IMG/VR virus record: IMGVR_UViG_3300027659_000012
Reading direction: 5' to 3' (one strand)
Length of the DNA: 64,000 nt
DNA from: an uncultured virus (IMG/VR IMGVR_UViG_3300027659_000012)
Lineage: Duplodnaviria; Heunggongvirae; Uroviricota; Caudoviricetes
In this document: piece by piece, positions 37,924-48,010 of the stretch
How positions within the stretch are numbered: the first letter of the stretch is position 1
Layout of the letters: each line of letters begins with the position of its first letter
Position numbers and translations under genes: made by a program
The notes under the pieces: generated by a model
What the model was told of the DNA's origin: nothing
The model's input: the letters and a program-made list of their open reading frames with translations, nothing else
The model's database searches: none

Positions 37924-40779
37924 TTAAATCTGGAATGCTCGCACATAACCATACGTCTGAAGACTGGTAAGTCCAGGCGCACCAATTAAAACCTTGTCTC
38001 CTGCAGAATTTAATGCTACTGCCTGTCCATAATAATCATAGGAAGCTGTTCCATTTGCATCTGAACCAAATTGTGACCACACTGAATTGTTATAATCATA
38101 GATTCTAACTCTGCCTATGGCTGGAGAAGGAAAAAGTGTTTCGCCGATGGCTATCCTATTTCCTACGGCATTTAAAGATATGCTTGTTGCAAAATAATTA
38201 TTATTTGCTTCAACAATATCTGATCCAAGTTGTGTCCAAGTCGAAGAAACCAATGAATAGACTTTTGCTTTATTAGTAGTAGTTGTTCCTAATGCAACCA
38301 CATCACCAGCAGCATTCATCGACGCAGACTTTCCAATCTGTTCACCATTCACTGTTCCTAGAATATCATTTCCAACTTGAGTCCAGGTTGAAGCCGAATA
38401 GGAATATACTCTGCCCATTCCTCTGTCAGGTGTAGATCCGCCACTTTGCCCCCCTGAAGTTATTAGTACTCTATCACCAGCATCATTGAGCACCACCTTG
38501 GTGCCAACATAATAATTGCCTGTAGAGCCAGTGTTTACACCCGCAAATGTAGTTCCAAGCTGTGTCCAGGCACTTCCGCTCCATGAAAATATTTTAACCA
38601 GTCCGACCGGTTGACCTGTTCCTGATTGAGCAGTAAATGCGCCAATTGCTATTCTATCACCGGCGGCATTCAGTGAAATGCTAGAGCCCAAAGAAGTTTC
38701 ACCGCTTGCAGCCGTAAATGTAGAGCCGCGTTGAATCCATGCAGTTCCATTCCAGGCATACACTTTAACCGTATCGCCCGTGCCAGTGCTCATGGCAACT
38801 ACTGTACCGTCTGCATTCAATGACACATCAGTTCCTAAGAATTCGCCTGCCGATCCGGTAAAGGTAGAACCTCTTTGAATCCAAGCAGATCCGCTCCAGG
38901 TATATACAAACACCTTTGAATAGCTGCCGCCACCGGCACCAAATCCAGAACCTCCAACCACTATTGCGTCACCAGCAGAGTTAATATCAACAGAACGGCC
39001 GCATTGCGCATATTGCGGACCGGTAATTGTTGCGCCCAATTGACCGATGACGGATAGTGTCGAATTATTGCTCGAATATGAACCGATGTTTGATCCGGCA
39101 CCCGTTAGCGATACCATCGGGTTTTTGCATAAAATACCGGTTCCATTAGTAACTAGATCTACAACACTTCCTCCGGATAATGTAGCTAATTGAAAATCAT
39201 CTGCAGTAGCGTTTATTACATAATAAACTGTATTGATACTAATTCCAGAGGTAGAGGTGATAGAGGAAAAATATACTGCAGAGCCGTTTGTTAAACCGTG
39301 AGAATTGAGTGCTACGCGATTGGTGCTATCGACGAATGTGGCTGATCCGATACTCGTCGACAATGACATAACACCGCTGCCATTCGTTGCGAGCGGCAAT
39401 GCAGCGCCTACTACACTCGCGGCCAATTGGAATGTATTTGTCGTTGATGAAATTACATAATATCGAGTGTTGGTGCTGATACCTGTCGTAGAGGTGATAG
39501 AGGAAAAATATATTGCAGTACCATTTGACAAACCATGACTCGTCGCTGTTACCGTATCACCGCTATCAGTAAATATTACTCCGTTGCTTCGTGTAGAATA
39601 ATATCTCTGCACCGTAGATCCGGGAAAAAATCGGTATGTTTGCCCAACCGAAGGAACGGATGAAAAATCTGCAATTAATGATAGCGGCGTAAATGAAGCC
39701 GTTGCTGTACCTTTAACTGAAACTAAAGTACCAGCGGTTATACTAGTGGAACCAGTATATGTATTATCACCAGCAAATGTTTGTGCGCCACTGCCAATCT
39801 TAACTACTGTAATAAGACCGGTAATCACCCCCGAGTATGTGCCGCTGCCGCCATTCGCACCTATTTGTAAAGTACGTGCGTCACCAGATTCAATATATAT
39901 TGAACCGCCGGTACCATTCACAACATCAAATTGTAACGTCAGATTAGAATCTGTTCCGTTAATTGCAAACTGCGTGTCCGCAGCTAAAGTTAAAGAGGCT
40001 AAATTTGTAGATTTAGCTGAACCATCTAAAATACCAGCCTGAATATCAACAGATGCACCGGCACTCATATCAAATGGCATAGTCGAAGTACCTGCAGTTA
40101 AAGATGCTCGGCCAACTCCGCTTTTAATGAATGTGCCAGCACCTGTTATAGAATTATTGCTAGCAGCAAATCTACCCTGCACCGCGGATGTGTTAATTTC
40201 AAGAATAGCCCCGCTCGCAATAGTATATTGCTCAATTGAAGCGTAATCATTCGTAGTATTAGTACGAACGTATTGCAATTTGCCAGCATTAATTTCCGTT
40301 GTACCGGTATATGTATTAATTCCAGTTAATACTAATGTATTCGCCCCATTTTTAATCAATCGATTCGCTCCAGATATAACACCACTTAATGTGATTGCAG
40401 CCGTATTACTATTGATGATGCCGCCTGCGGTTCCAGGACTCAACGCGATATCGTTCGAGATGCTCTGAGCGTTGCTAGAATTATTGGTTATGTATGAATT
40501 ATCCAATTTGGTAAACGCGATGCCCGATATAGAAAAAGCACCGGCCGCAGCAGGAAACGTAATGTTGTTTACCGAAAACGATGATATATCATTTGTCGGA
40601 GTCAAACGAGTTGATCCGCCAAAGATTAAACTGTTGTTGCTATTCGGGACACGATTTCCAATCCAGTTTGCGGTTAAGGACCAGTTATCGGTCGATCCTA
40701 ATCCGGTCCAAGTTGCCTCGGTCAGCACAATAACTTGCTGTGCCGACATCACCGCTATTCTAAAATCTCTAATATTCAT
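37924..40779 (-). CDS. Adhesin: autotransporter-associated beta-strand repeats plus FG-GAP-like propeller
   Basis: LIKNGANTLVLTGINTYTGTTEINAG and KIGSGAQTFAGDNTYTGSTSITAG; repeated SLNAxGDxxAIG...WTQxG blades. Confidence 0.8.
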   Translation of the reverse strand: MNIRDFRIAVMSAQQVIVLTEATWTGLGSTDNWSLTANWIGNRVPNSNNSLIFGGSTRLTPTNDISSFSVNNITFPAAAGAFSISGIAFTKLDNSYITNNSSNAQSISNDIALSPGTAGGIINSNTAAITLSGVISGANRLIKNGANTLVLTGINTYTGTTEINAGKLQYVRTNTTNDYASIEQYTIASGAILEINTSAVQGRFAASNNSITGAGTFIKSGVGRASLTAGTSTMPFDMSAGASVDIQAGILDGSAKSTNLASLTLAADTQFAINGTDSNLTLQFDVVNGTGGSIYIESGDARTLQIGANGGSGTYSGVITGLITVVKIGSGAQTFAGDNTYTGSTSITAGTLVSVKGTATASFTPLSLIADFSSVPSVGQTYRFFPGSTVQRYYSTRSNGVIFTDSGDTVTATSHGLSNGTAIYFSSITSTTGISTNTRYYVISSTTNTFQLAASVVGAALPLATNGSGVMSLSTSIGSATFVDSTNRVALNSHGLTNGSAVYFSSITSTSGISINTVYYVINATADDFQLATLSGGSVVDLVTNGTGILCKNPMVSLTGAGSNIGSYSSNNSTLSVIGQLGATITGPQYAQCGRSVDINSAGDAIVVGGSGFGAGGGSYSKVFVYTWSGSAWIQRGSTFTGSAGEFLGTDVSLNADGTVVAMSTGTGDTVKVYAWNGTAWIQRGSTFTAASGETSLGSSISLNAAGDRIAIGAFTAQSGTGQPVGLVKIFSWSGSAWTQLGTTFAGVNTGSTGNYYVGTKVVLNDAGDRVLITSGGQSGGSTPDRGMGRVYSYSASTWTQVGNDILGTVNGEQIGKSASMNAAGDVVALGTTTTNKAKVYSLVSSTWTQLGSDIVEANNNYFATSISLNAVGNRIAIGETLFPSPAIGRVRIYDYNNSVWSQFGSDANGTASYDYYGQAVALNSAGDKVLIGAPGLTSLQTYGYVRAFQI

Positions 40780-40792
40780 ACTTTGATTTATA

Positions 40793-41251
40793 TCAACTTA
40801 ACATTCCTATCGCCACGAATGATTCGCTAGTGGGTGATATGTAGATATAAACTGCCGAATACGATACTGTATTCGTAAAGGTAGTCAACGTGCCGTTGAT
40901 GGTATTAGTAGAACTACGATTGATGGTCAAAGGAGCTCCACCCGTATTTACGATTCCAATCGACCAGCCTGATGTAACCGATGACCATACCGGCAAAACC
41001 AAAGTATTGGTTCCTGTAACATGAAATATTTTTCCATTATCGGCTTCAGCGAAAGTTTTACCTGAACCTGTGATGGATGTATCGATCGCCGCTTCTCCGT
41101 ATACCGTCACTGCATCGGATGCGTTCTTGTAATAAAGCTTATTATCTGCATAGTTAAGTGCCAATTCTCCTGCTTCCAGGAACGTAGAAGAAGGAATCGC
41201 TCCTACTACCCCGCTGTTCTTAACCTTTATCTTTGCGTTGCTATTGCTCAT
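40793..41251 (-). CDS. Short fibre-related protein
   Basis: GELALNYADNKLYYK motif typical of fibre N-termini. Confidence 0.6.
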   Translation of the reverse strand: MSNSNAKIKVKNSGVVGAIPSSTFLEAGELALNYADNKLYYKNASDAVTVYGEAAIDTSITGSGKTFAEADNGKIFHVTGTNTLVLPVWSSVTSGWSIGIVNTGGAPLTINRSSTNTINGTLTTFTNTVSYSAVYIYISPTSESFVAIGMLS

Positions 41252-41267
41252 CAGAAGTATTTATGTA

Positions 41268-42704
41268 TCAATAATAGATTCTAACCACCAATTGCCAATC
41301 TGTATTCGAAAAGAGCACATTAAAATTAGTATTGGTAGCCGAAGATGTTCCTGTAGCAGATGTATAAAGACGCACGTCATTGACCATAATACTTTGATTG
41401 CCGCTAGTGGCTCTTCCAACAGCAAATCTATTAGGAGTTATATAGGTATCCAAAAGATAAGATGAACGCCAGTTAGTAACATCAATATATGTTCCAATAC
41501 CAGGATATCCGGCCGATGCCAATGGAGCATTAGCCGCTGCTACACGTTTTAAGAAAACTGAATATGAAGTAAAGTTTGTAACATCATGTGCAACATGCCA
41601 AGCACATGCATCATTCAGAGCACTTACATTTGACCATAAGCGATATTCTTTGAATTGGGGAGTTTTGCCGTCAACATATGCCTTGGTGGTGAGATGCGTC
41701 GAAAGCGTAGGAGTAGCAGCGGTAATGTTTCCGCTTGAAGTTAATGATGTACCAGTGATAGATCCACCAGTAATTGCACCAGTGGTACTAATTGTGCCAC
41801 TACCAGCAGCCAATGATGTACCAGTAATTGCCCCGCCGGTAATAGCTCCAGTTGTGCTAATTGCTCCACTGCCAGCAGCCAATGATGTACCAGTAATTGC
41901 CCCACCGGTAATAGCTCCAGTTGTGCTAATTGCTCCACTGCCAGCACTTAATGATGTACCAGTAATTGCCCCACCGGTGATTGTGCCGGTAGTACTAATT
42001 GTGCCGCTACCAGCACTTAATGATCCACCGGTGATTGCTCCACCGGTGATTGTGCCGGTAGTACTAATTGTGCCGCTACCAGCACTTAATGATCCACCGG
42101 TGATTGCTCCGCTACCAGCACTTAATGATCCACCAGTAATAGATCCAGATGCAGATATATTTCCATTTACCTCAAAGGCATCAATCGCGGCAATCTTATT
42201 GATACCTACTCTTCCTACGCTAATAACGATTCCGTGTGAGTTGCCAGACCATTTTCCGATGATTATATTTTTTGTGTCTCCGGCAGAGGATCCGCCGATA
42301 ATTGAATAATCGCCTGAAGCAACTAACGGGTTCCAGGCACCTACAGTAGAATTAGGATTAAATCGCAAGTGTTGAGTCGAACTTGTGATGTTTAATGCCG
42401 GAGTCAAAGATGCCGTAGCGCTAACATTGATTGATGATGCCAATCCTGAAGTAAATCCACCTTTTACGATGAATCCTCCGACAGTGCCATTAGTAGTTAC
42501 AGTTCCGGTCGTCTGATGCCACGTTGGAGCAGGAGCAGCCAACTTAATGGATTGAATGGTATTGTCGGCAATGTTGGCATTAGTTATGATCGGACTATAG
42601 TTTGCGATATGTCCGTTCGTCTTTTTGCGCCAGACGTCAAAGGTATCAGTAATCAATACTCCGTCTTGCCACGTAAGATCGATGTCATTAGAAGAAATAG
42701 GCAT
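41268..42704 (-). CDS. Tail fibre/baseplate connector-like protein with Gly-rich tandem repeats
   Basis: DTFDVWRKKTN N-terminus, TKAYVD, 20-aa repeats. Confidence 0.7.
   Translation of the reverse strand: MPISSNDIDLTWQDGVLITDTFDVWRKKTNGHIANYSPIITNANIADNTIQSIKLAAPAPTWHQTTGTVTTNGTVGGFIVKGGFTSGLASSINVSATASLTPALNITSSTQHLRFNPNSTVGAWNPLVASGDYSIIGGSSAGDTKNIIIGKWSGNSHGIVISVGRVGINKIAAIDAFEVNGNISASGSITGGSLSAGSGAITGGSLSAGSGTISTTGTITGGAITGGSLSAGSGTISTTGTITGGAITGTSLSAGSGAISTTGAITGGAITGTSLAAGSGAISTTGAITGGAITGTSLAAGSGTISTTGAITGGSITGTSLTSSGNITAATPTLSTHLTTKAYVDGKTPQFKEYRLWSNVSALNDACAWHVAHDVTNFTSYSVFLKRVAAANAPLASAGYPGIGTYIDVTNWRSSYLLDTYITPNRFAVGRATSGNQSIMVNDVRLYTSATGTSSATNTNFNVLFSNTDWQLVVRIYY
41750..42150 (-). 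repeat. 60-nt coding tandem repeat
   Basis: About 5 units of (G/A)ITGGAITG(T/G)SL(S/A)AGSG(T/A)ISTT plus partial units. Confidence 0.85.
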
Positions 42705-42712
42705 ACTCGTAT

Positions 42713-42934
42713 TTATGCTTTAGCGTTTTGTAGTATCTGAGAAACCAATTCTTTGAGGGAAGCGATTTCTTCTTCCAGAGAAAGTATACGTTTTTCCTTT
42801 TGATCACCTTCCATTTTACGCGCTACGGCCATGGCATATCCGTGTGCGTCTCGATTTAATATCGCGTTTGATGAACTGTCACGCTCGAGTGAAGGCTCAT
42901 CCTTCACAGCTATCTTTGTTGTATTTTTACGCAT
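42713..42934 (-). CDS. Small coiled-coil hypothetical protein
   Basis: LERDSSSNAILN motif, follows VrlC-like gene as in T4-like cyanophages. Confidence 0.65.
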   Translation of the reverse strand: MRKNTTKIAVKDEPSLERDSSSNAILNRDAHGYAMAVARKMEGDQKEKRILSLEEEIASLKELVSQILQNAKA

Positions 42935-45900
42935 ATGTTGCTATTGCTCTAAAGTCTGTGATTGATGGGACATTCGGTCCATTTAATACCGATGAGGTGA
43001 ATACTATTTTTACACTCCATGTAGAGAATGAATTTCCAGGAGCGTATTGATAAGATATTTCTTGGAAATCACCGACATTAGAAGAGATTGGGATGGCAGT
43101 TGTTGGAGGTAATAATACCCATGGATTATTCGCAAAGATATCGGTATCTTTCGTTTGTATCTTGGCATAGACCAATATTGCCTCAGACGGCGAAGGAAGC
43201 CTCGCTCCTAAGTATATATTCAACTGATTGGCCGGATTGTTTAATTCAACAGCGCGAGTGATGTATCGTGCAGTCGCACTACCATTATCTAATGTTAATT
43301 CCGTGGAAGTATCACTGTTGATTTGATTATCGATCAATACAACCGAAGATCTATCGCAATCAATATATGGCGCAACATAATCGCTGCTAGTAGACAATGA
43401 AGCAACAAGTTTGATACCGTCACGTTTGACTGTGAACCTCCTTGGCAAGAAGAGCGTTTCATTGATATTGATATCGTATTCAAATGGAGTGACAAAGGCG
43501 ACATCAGTGAGATACAGTTTCCAAGAGATGTTAGTATTGTTCTGCGTGATATTCTCGACGGTAGTCTTGAGTGTCGAGAATGATAGCGAATCATTTCCGG
43601 GTTGATTCACACCTTGTATGATCACTTCACGCGTAACATTTGTAGTACTAAATTTAGCCCGATAGAGGCTAAATTTCATATCTTTGTTTTGATCCGCTGT
43701 CCAGGTAGAACCGTTTTGACTCTTGAACAATACGCCCGCATAAGGGTTCTTGGCGATTATTTCATAAGGAGCGACGATGTTTTCTTTTCCTACTTCAGAA
43801 ACATATACCATATAATCAGAATCATTTGACATTACTACGAACGCATATTCAATTCCGGGTTGAAGATAGACCGGAGAAGAAAATACGAATGTTGTAGGCG
43901 TAGTAGGTGCCGATGGGTTAATAACCACATCTGCCGCATCTTTCGTCAGTGCCGAGAATGGGATGATGTTTTGTGTGGGCATACCGTTCTCCATCGAGAC
44001 GATATGAACCGAAACTGGAATGTTTTTGGTCGATTTCGTCTTGAAATAGAGATCAAGCTTAGTGATGTATGCACCGTCGGTTTGTTTTTCGTCTAAGATA
44101 AACGACTGAGCCAATGGATCGTCCCAGGTAACTTTAACCACCGCAGCGTTTGTCCGACTATCGGATACCTTCGTAGTATCAAATCGCGGGATACGAGTCG
44201 AGATAATGGTATTTTCCTTTGTCTCTAAGATACCTGTCGCATAGTAGGTAGAATCAGCGATTGTAGTAAAATCGTTTGGATTATTAGTTAAAGAATCCGT
44301 CAAGCGGAACGAACGTTGACCAGTTTTAAATTTAAGGTCGCTGTTGTTAGGTATGATGAAATATCCATTGGCTTTACCGGTAGAATCAGATATAACAGGT
44401 GTAGCTGTAATTCCTAAAGAACCTACTGCCACGCCGTCGTATATGGTACTATCAGTTTGATTTTTGAATTGAACCACATCGATTAGCGGCACCGAAACAG
44501 TATAAGCGCTGATATCAACTCCGTCAAAGAATGGATAGACTCGAGTATTTGGTTTCAAACGAGTGGCTGTAAAATAGATTTTACGCGAACGAATGAAAGG
44601 GATATAACTTATATCTACGACTTTTTCTCCGAGACTTTCTTTATTATCAGTATATGATAAGGTAGTACGAGTTCCATCACGAAGACTAGTGCTGGTGACA
44701 GTAGTCGTAGTTTTTCTTCTCATCACACCATCCGGAGCTTTCGCAACGTGTTTGGCTCCTCTGTTAACCACAGGTGCTCCTGTCCAGTTAACTTCCCATT
44801 CATTCCAGTGATAACCCAGTAATCCTGAGGATTGAGCACTAAAGGCGATCGCGTCATATGCATTGTTATCATTGACGATGACGTCTGGTCTAACGATGGT
44901 TGATTTCCATTCATCCGAAGAAGGGGAAAGTTCAACTGCGCCGTTCCACATCGTCATATTAAACGGATTGACGCTCTCGGCGTTTGCCGTCGCATAAGTC
45001 TGTTCGATTATCTTTTCATCTGTATAAGCGATGCTGGTCGTATTATTATTGTTGCTCAACAGCGCATTTGTTTTGCTCGCAGAATCAACTTTAAGATCGA
45101 CAAGTGTAGTGGTATAATATGGAAGAAGTTGTCCATTTACTGAGTCGACGCTACATTTGTATCCAGCATTGGTCACATCGCCGATATTATGGCCAAAAAA
45201 GCTATCAACGATGATTCCGTTTTTATAACGCTGAAGACCACCTGCAGTCAAGATTTGTTTATCCTGGGCAGAGCGTTCGAGCAGCGAAAGGGAAGTATAA
45301 TACTCGATGTTAGAAACACGCTTCTCAATGTTGCCGATGTCGCGCATCGTATAACGTTTGTTATCGATGAAGGATGGCACAATTTCGTCAGTGCTAAAAG
45401 TATAGGCTGGAACGTATAGACTATACAGATTCATCGCATCCTTCGGTACTGCCGGAGCCACCGGATTTACCGCTGCGCTACCTTCGTCGATATAGAATTG
45501 ACCGGCGCTGTTTACTAAAACGTTGTCGACGCGAGGGAGATAATGACTTACAGTGGCGACGATGGTGGAATTGGAATCCAACCGAACTGCTGCGGTTTCT
45601 CCATTATCATATCTAAAATCGATACAATCGCCTAAACGAACACCGGCATATTTAGGAATATCTTCTAAACCGTCGAGAGCGCTATACGAATTGACGATGT
45701 ACGGCTTACCTGTCGCTGCAGTATGCGGGTAATACGAATACGTGATTGTTAATGCTGATGTCAATGGCGATGAATCTTTATAAACTAAAAGTGGAGTTTT
45801 AAAATAGTTTGAGGTGATTCCATCCTCGATCGTAAACTTAGATGTTACGTTTGTACCGCCGTTCATAATTTGCACTGATGAAGCGATGATATCCACATTA

Positions 45901-48008
45901 GTGAGACCTATGATATTCGTCGAGGCCATGATTCCTGTACCATTCGTGGAAAATTCGACCTTATGATCACCTCGATAAAGCGCTAACTGAAATCTCGTCG
46001 TATCAGTGTAAATCACATAATACGTTGTTTGCGTATATATTCCAGTAGTACTAACAATGGAAGAAAATGATACGCGATCGCCTTCTCTCAAACCATGTCC
46101 ACCAGCGATTGAAACATAATCACCGGCATCAGTAAATGTTACCGCTCTAGATGAATTTACTGTATACGTTGCAGACGACACTGTTTGCGTAGCCGCAGTA
46201 AGAGCCGATTTGCTATTGAATATGCTTGTTACAATAGTTGGAGCAATGATTGACGCGGTATTAGCGCCGCCTTGCGCAGCTCCGGGAACGAGCAGATATA
46301 CTCCAGAATTGGTATCGATATAGACCGAAGTTACAGGACGAACAACTCCGCCATGATCTACGACGATATAATTTGATGGGGAAGTATCCTCAAATTTTGA
46401 ACTGCTAAGATTCGGATGGGGAATATTCACCCATATTCCAGCTATTCCGTTTACAGTAGTCGAACTAGGAGTAGCAGTAAATGATGTACGAACGCCATAT
46501 CTCAGCGACGTGATCGAGTCAATTGCCTCATACGGAAATGGGAAAACGTTTGTGTTGTTGCTTGTTCCGAAGAGAGAGAATCCCGCAGTGTTAGCAAAAT
46601 TATGCACATCGACGTCTGCAATGACTGTAGTTAATGCTAAAAATTTAGCATCACTTAATCTTTTTCCATCGCATAATACTAAATCATAGATGAAGATGTT
46701 ATATGCGCCATTGGTAACATATTCTATGTTACGAATCCTGCACGCACCTATGAAAGTTGTGGCAGCCGCTTCTCCATAAAGGTTATATGTAAGAGTGGTA
46801 TTATTGATATCCGGCAAAGCGCCATTATTTGGAATATCTAAACTCGTCGAAACGATGTAGTTATCTTGACGAGCAGTGAAGGTAATGTTTTCGACTGTTT
46901 CGGTAGTATTTCTGGCTTTGTTTCCAACTAGATCATTTCGATCGGTCAATACGATTCGATATCCTTTGACGTATGCGATTGAAGGCTCGATGCCGGCAAT
47001 GTATTTGGTTTTTGCTACTGCCTCGTCAATACCACTTGGTAAATTTGCCAGAGTATACTTGCCAAAATTAGTTCCGTCATTAAAATATTCTTTTACGTCT
47101 AGTTTAAATGGACGAACGCTATAGTTACCAGACTCTTCGAATGTACGAGTGGCCAATAAATCATCTAAAGATTTGGCATCAGATGAATTACTATTAGGAA
47201 GCGCCGGCTTTAATGTCTGAGAATTTACAATCGTTAGCAGTTTGGCAAAATCATAAGATGGGATGTTGTCATCATAGATGAATACCAATTCTAAATTGAT
47301 AGCCTGACGATCTGCGCCTGGAGCCTGAAAGTTCGGTGAACCGGTGGCATTATCGAATAGCGTTTCATCGGCGACTGCAGTAATAATGGATTCAGTGATC
47401 TTGAACGCTGCGAAGCCATTGACCAGTTGTCCCGAAGTGATTGGAACAAAAAGTCGTTGCGGCGAATCATTGACAACAAATGATCCGTTAACGAAGAAGA
47501 TTCCTTTGTTGATGAAAAATCCTAATGAATATCCAACTCGCAAGACTGCACCAATAGCAGCGTTCGTATCAGTGTTATCGATCGTATCACTCACTGCAAA
47601 TACGCGAGTCGTACCATTCGTTGTATCAGACTTACTATATCTTAAGAAAAATCTATAAGTCGTCGTGACATCATCAGTTAATTCATATCCGATGATGTCA
47701 GCAGTAACACCGTCTTGATTCTTTAATGCGGTAGATGCCGCGGCTAACTCTGCAGTAGTTTCAATATCAACCGAATAGATATCATTCTTGAATGTAATGA
47801 GACCATCTACGACGGCAGCCCCATTCGTATAAAATGAAGATCCAAATTTATCAATTTGTGCACGAAGCATAGACTGAATCTGATTCAATTCCCTGTTCTG
47901 AACACTATATCCGGGTTTAAACAGAATCTGTTGAAAATTCTTATTTTCATTTGATGAACTGATAAAATCATCAAAGTACGGAGAATGCTGTTGTGTCGTG
48001 ATTGGCAT
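42927..48008 (-). CDS. Large virion structural protein, VrlC/DUF4815-like
   Basis: PYFDDF, LFKPG.SVQ.RELNQ, RTFEESGNY, RYTMRDIG, DPLAQSF, FKSQNGSTW. Confidence 0.88.
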   Translation of the reverse strand: MPITTQQHSPYFDDFISSSNENKNFQQILFKPGYSVQNRELNQIQSMLRAQIDKFGSSFYTNGAAVVDGLITFKNDIYSVDIETTAELAAASTALKNQDGVTADIIGYELTDDVTTTYRFFLRYSKSDTTNGTTRVFAVSDTIDNTDTNAAIGAVLRVGYSLGFFINKGIFFVNGSFVVNDSPQRLFVPITSGQLVNGFAAFKITESIITAVADETLFDNATGSPNFQAPGADRQAINLELVFIYDDNIPSYDFAKLLTIVNSQTLKPALPNSNSSDAKSLDDLLATRTFEESGNYSVRPFKLDVKEYFNDGTNFGKYTLANLPSGIDEAVAKTKYIAGIEPSIAYVKGYRIVLTDRNDLVGNKARNTTETVENITFTARQDNYIVSTSLDIPNNGALPDINNTTLTYNLYGEAAATTFIGACRIRNIEYVTNGAYNIFIYDLVLCDGKRLSDAKFLALTTVIADVDVHNFANTAGFSLFGTSNNTNVFPFPYEAIDSITSLRYGVRTSFTATPSSTTVNGIAGIWVNIPHPNLSSSKFEDTSPSNYIVVDHGGVVRPVTSVYIDTNSGVYLLVPGAAQGGANTASIIAPTIVTSIFNSKSALTAATQTVSSATYTVNSSRAVTFTDAGDYVSIAGGHGLREGDRVSFSSIVSTTGIYTQTTYYVIYTDTTRFQLALYRGDHKVEFSTNGTGIMASTNIIGLTNVDIIASSVQIMNGGTNVTSKFTIEDGITSNYFKTPLLVYKDSSPLTSALTITYSYYPHTAATGKPYIVNSYSALDGLEDIPKYAGVRLGDCIDFRYDNGETAAVRLDSNSTIVATVSHYLPRVDNVLVNSAGQFYIDEGSAAVNPVAPAVPKDAMNLYSLYVPAYTFSTDEIVPSFIDNKRYTMRDIGNIEKRVSNIEYYTSLSLLERSAQDKQILTAGGLQRYKNGIIVDSFFGHNIGDVTNAGYKCSVDSVNGQLLPYYTTTLVDLKVDSASKTNALLSNNNNTTSIAYTDEKIIEQTYATANAESVNPFNMTMWNGAVELSPSSDEWKSTIVRPDVIVNDNNAYDAIAFSAQSSGLLGYHWNEWEVNWTGAPVVNRGAKHVAKAPDGVMRRKTTTTVTSTSLRDGTRTTLSYTDNKESLGEKVVDISYIPFIRSRKIYFTATRLKPNTRVYPFFDGVDISAYTVSVPLIDVVQFKNQTDSTIYDGVAVGSLGITATPVISDSTGKANGYFIIPNNSDLKFKTGQRSFRLTDSLTNNPNDFTTIADSTYYATGILETKENTIISTRIPRFDTTKVSDSRTNAAVVKVTWDDPLAQSFILDEKQTDGAYITKLDLYFKTKSTKNIPVSVHIVSMENGMPTQNIIPFSALTKDAADVVINPSAPTTPTTFVFSSPVYLQPGIEYAFVVMSNDSDYMVYVSEVGKENIVAPYEIIAKNPYAGVLFKSQNGSTWTADQNKDMKFSLYRAKFSTTNVTREVIIQGVNQPGNDSLSFSTLKTTVENITQNNTNISWKLYLTDVAFVTPFEYDININETLFLPRRFTVKRDGIKLVASLSTSSDYVAPYIDCDRSSVVLIDNQINSDTSTELTLDNGSATARYITRAVELNNPANQLNIYLGARLPSPSEAILVYAKIQTKDTDIFANNPWVLLPPTTAIPISSNVGDFQEISYQYAPGNSFSTWSVKIVFTSSVLNGPNVPSITDFRAIATYA

Positions 48009-48010
48009 TA

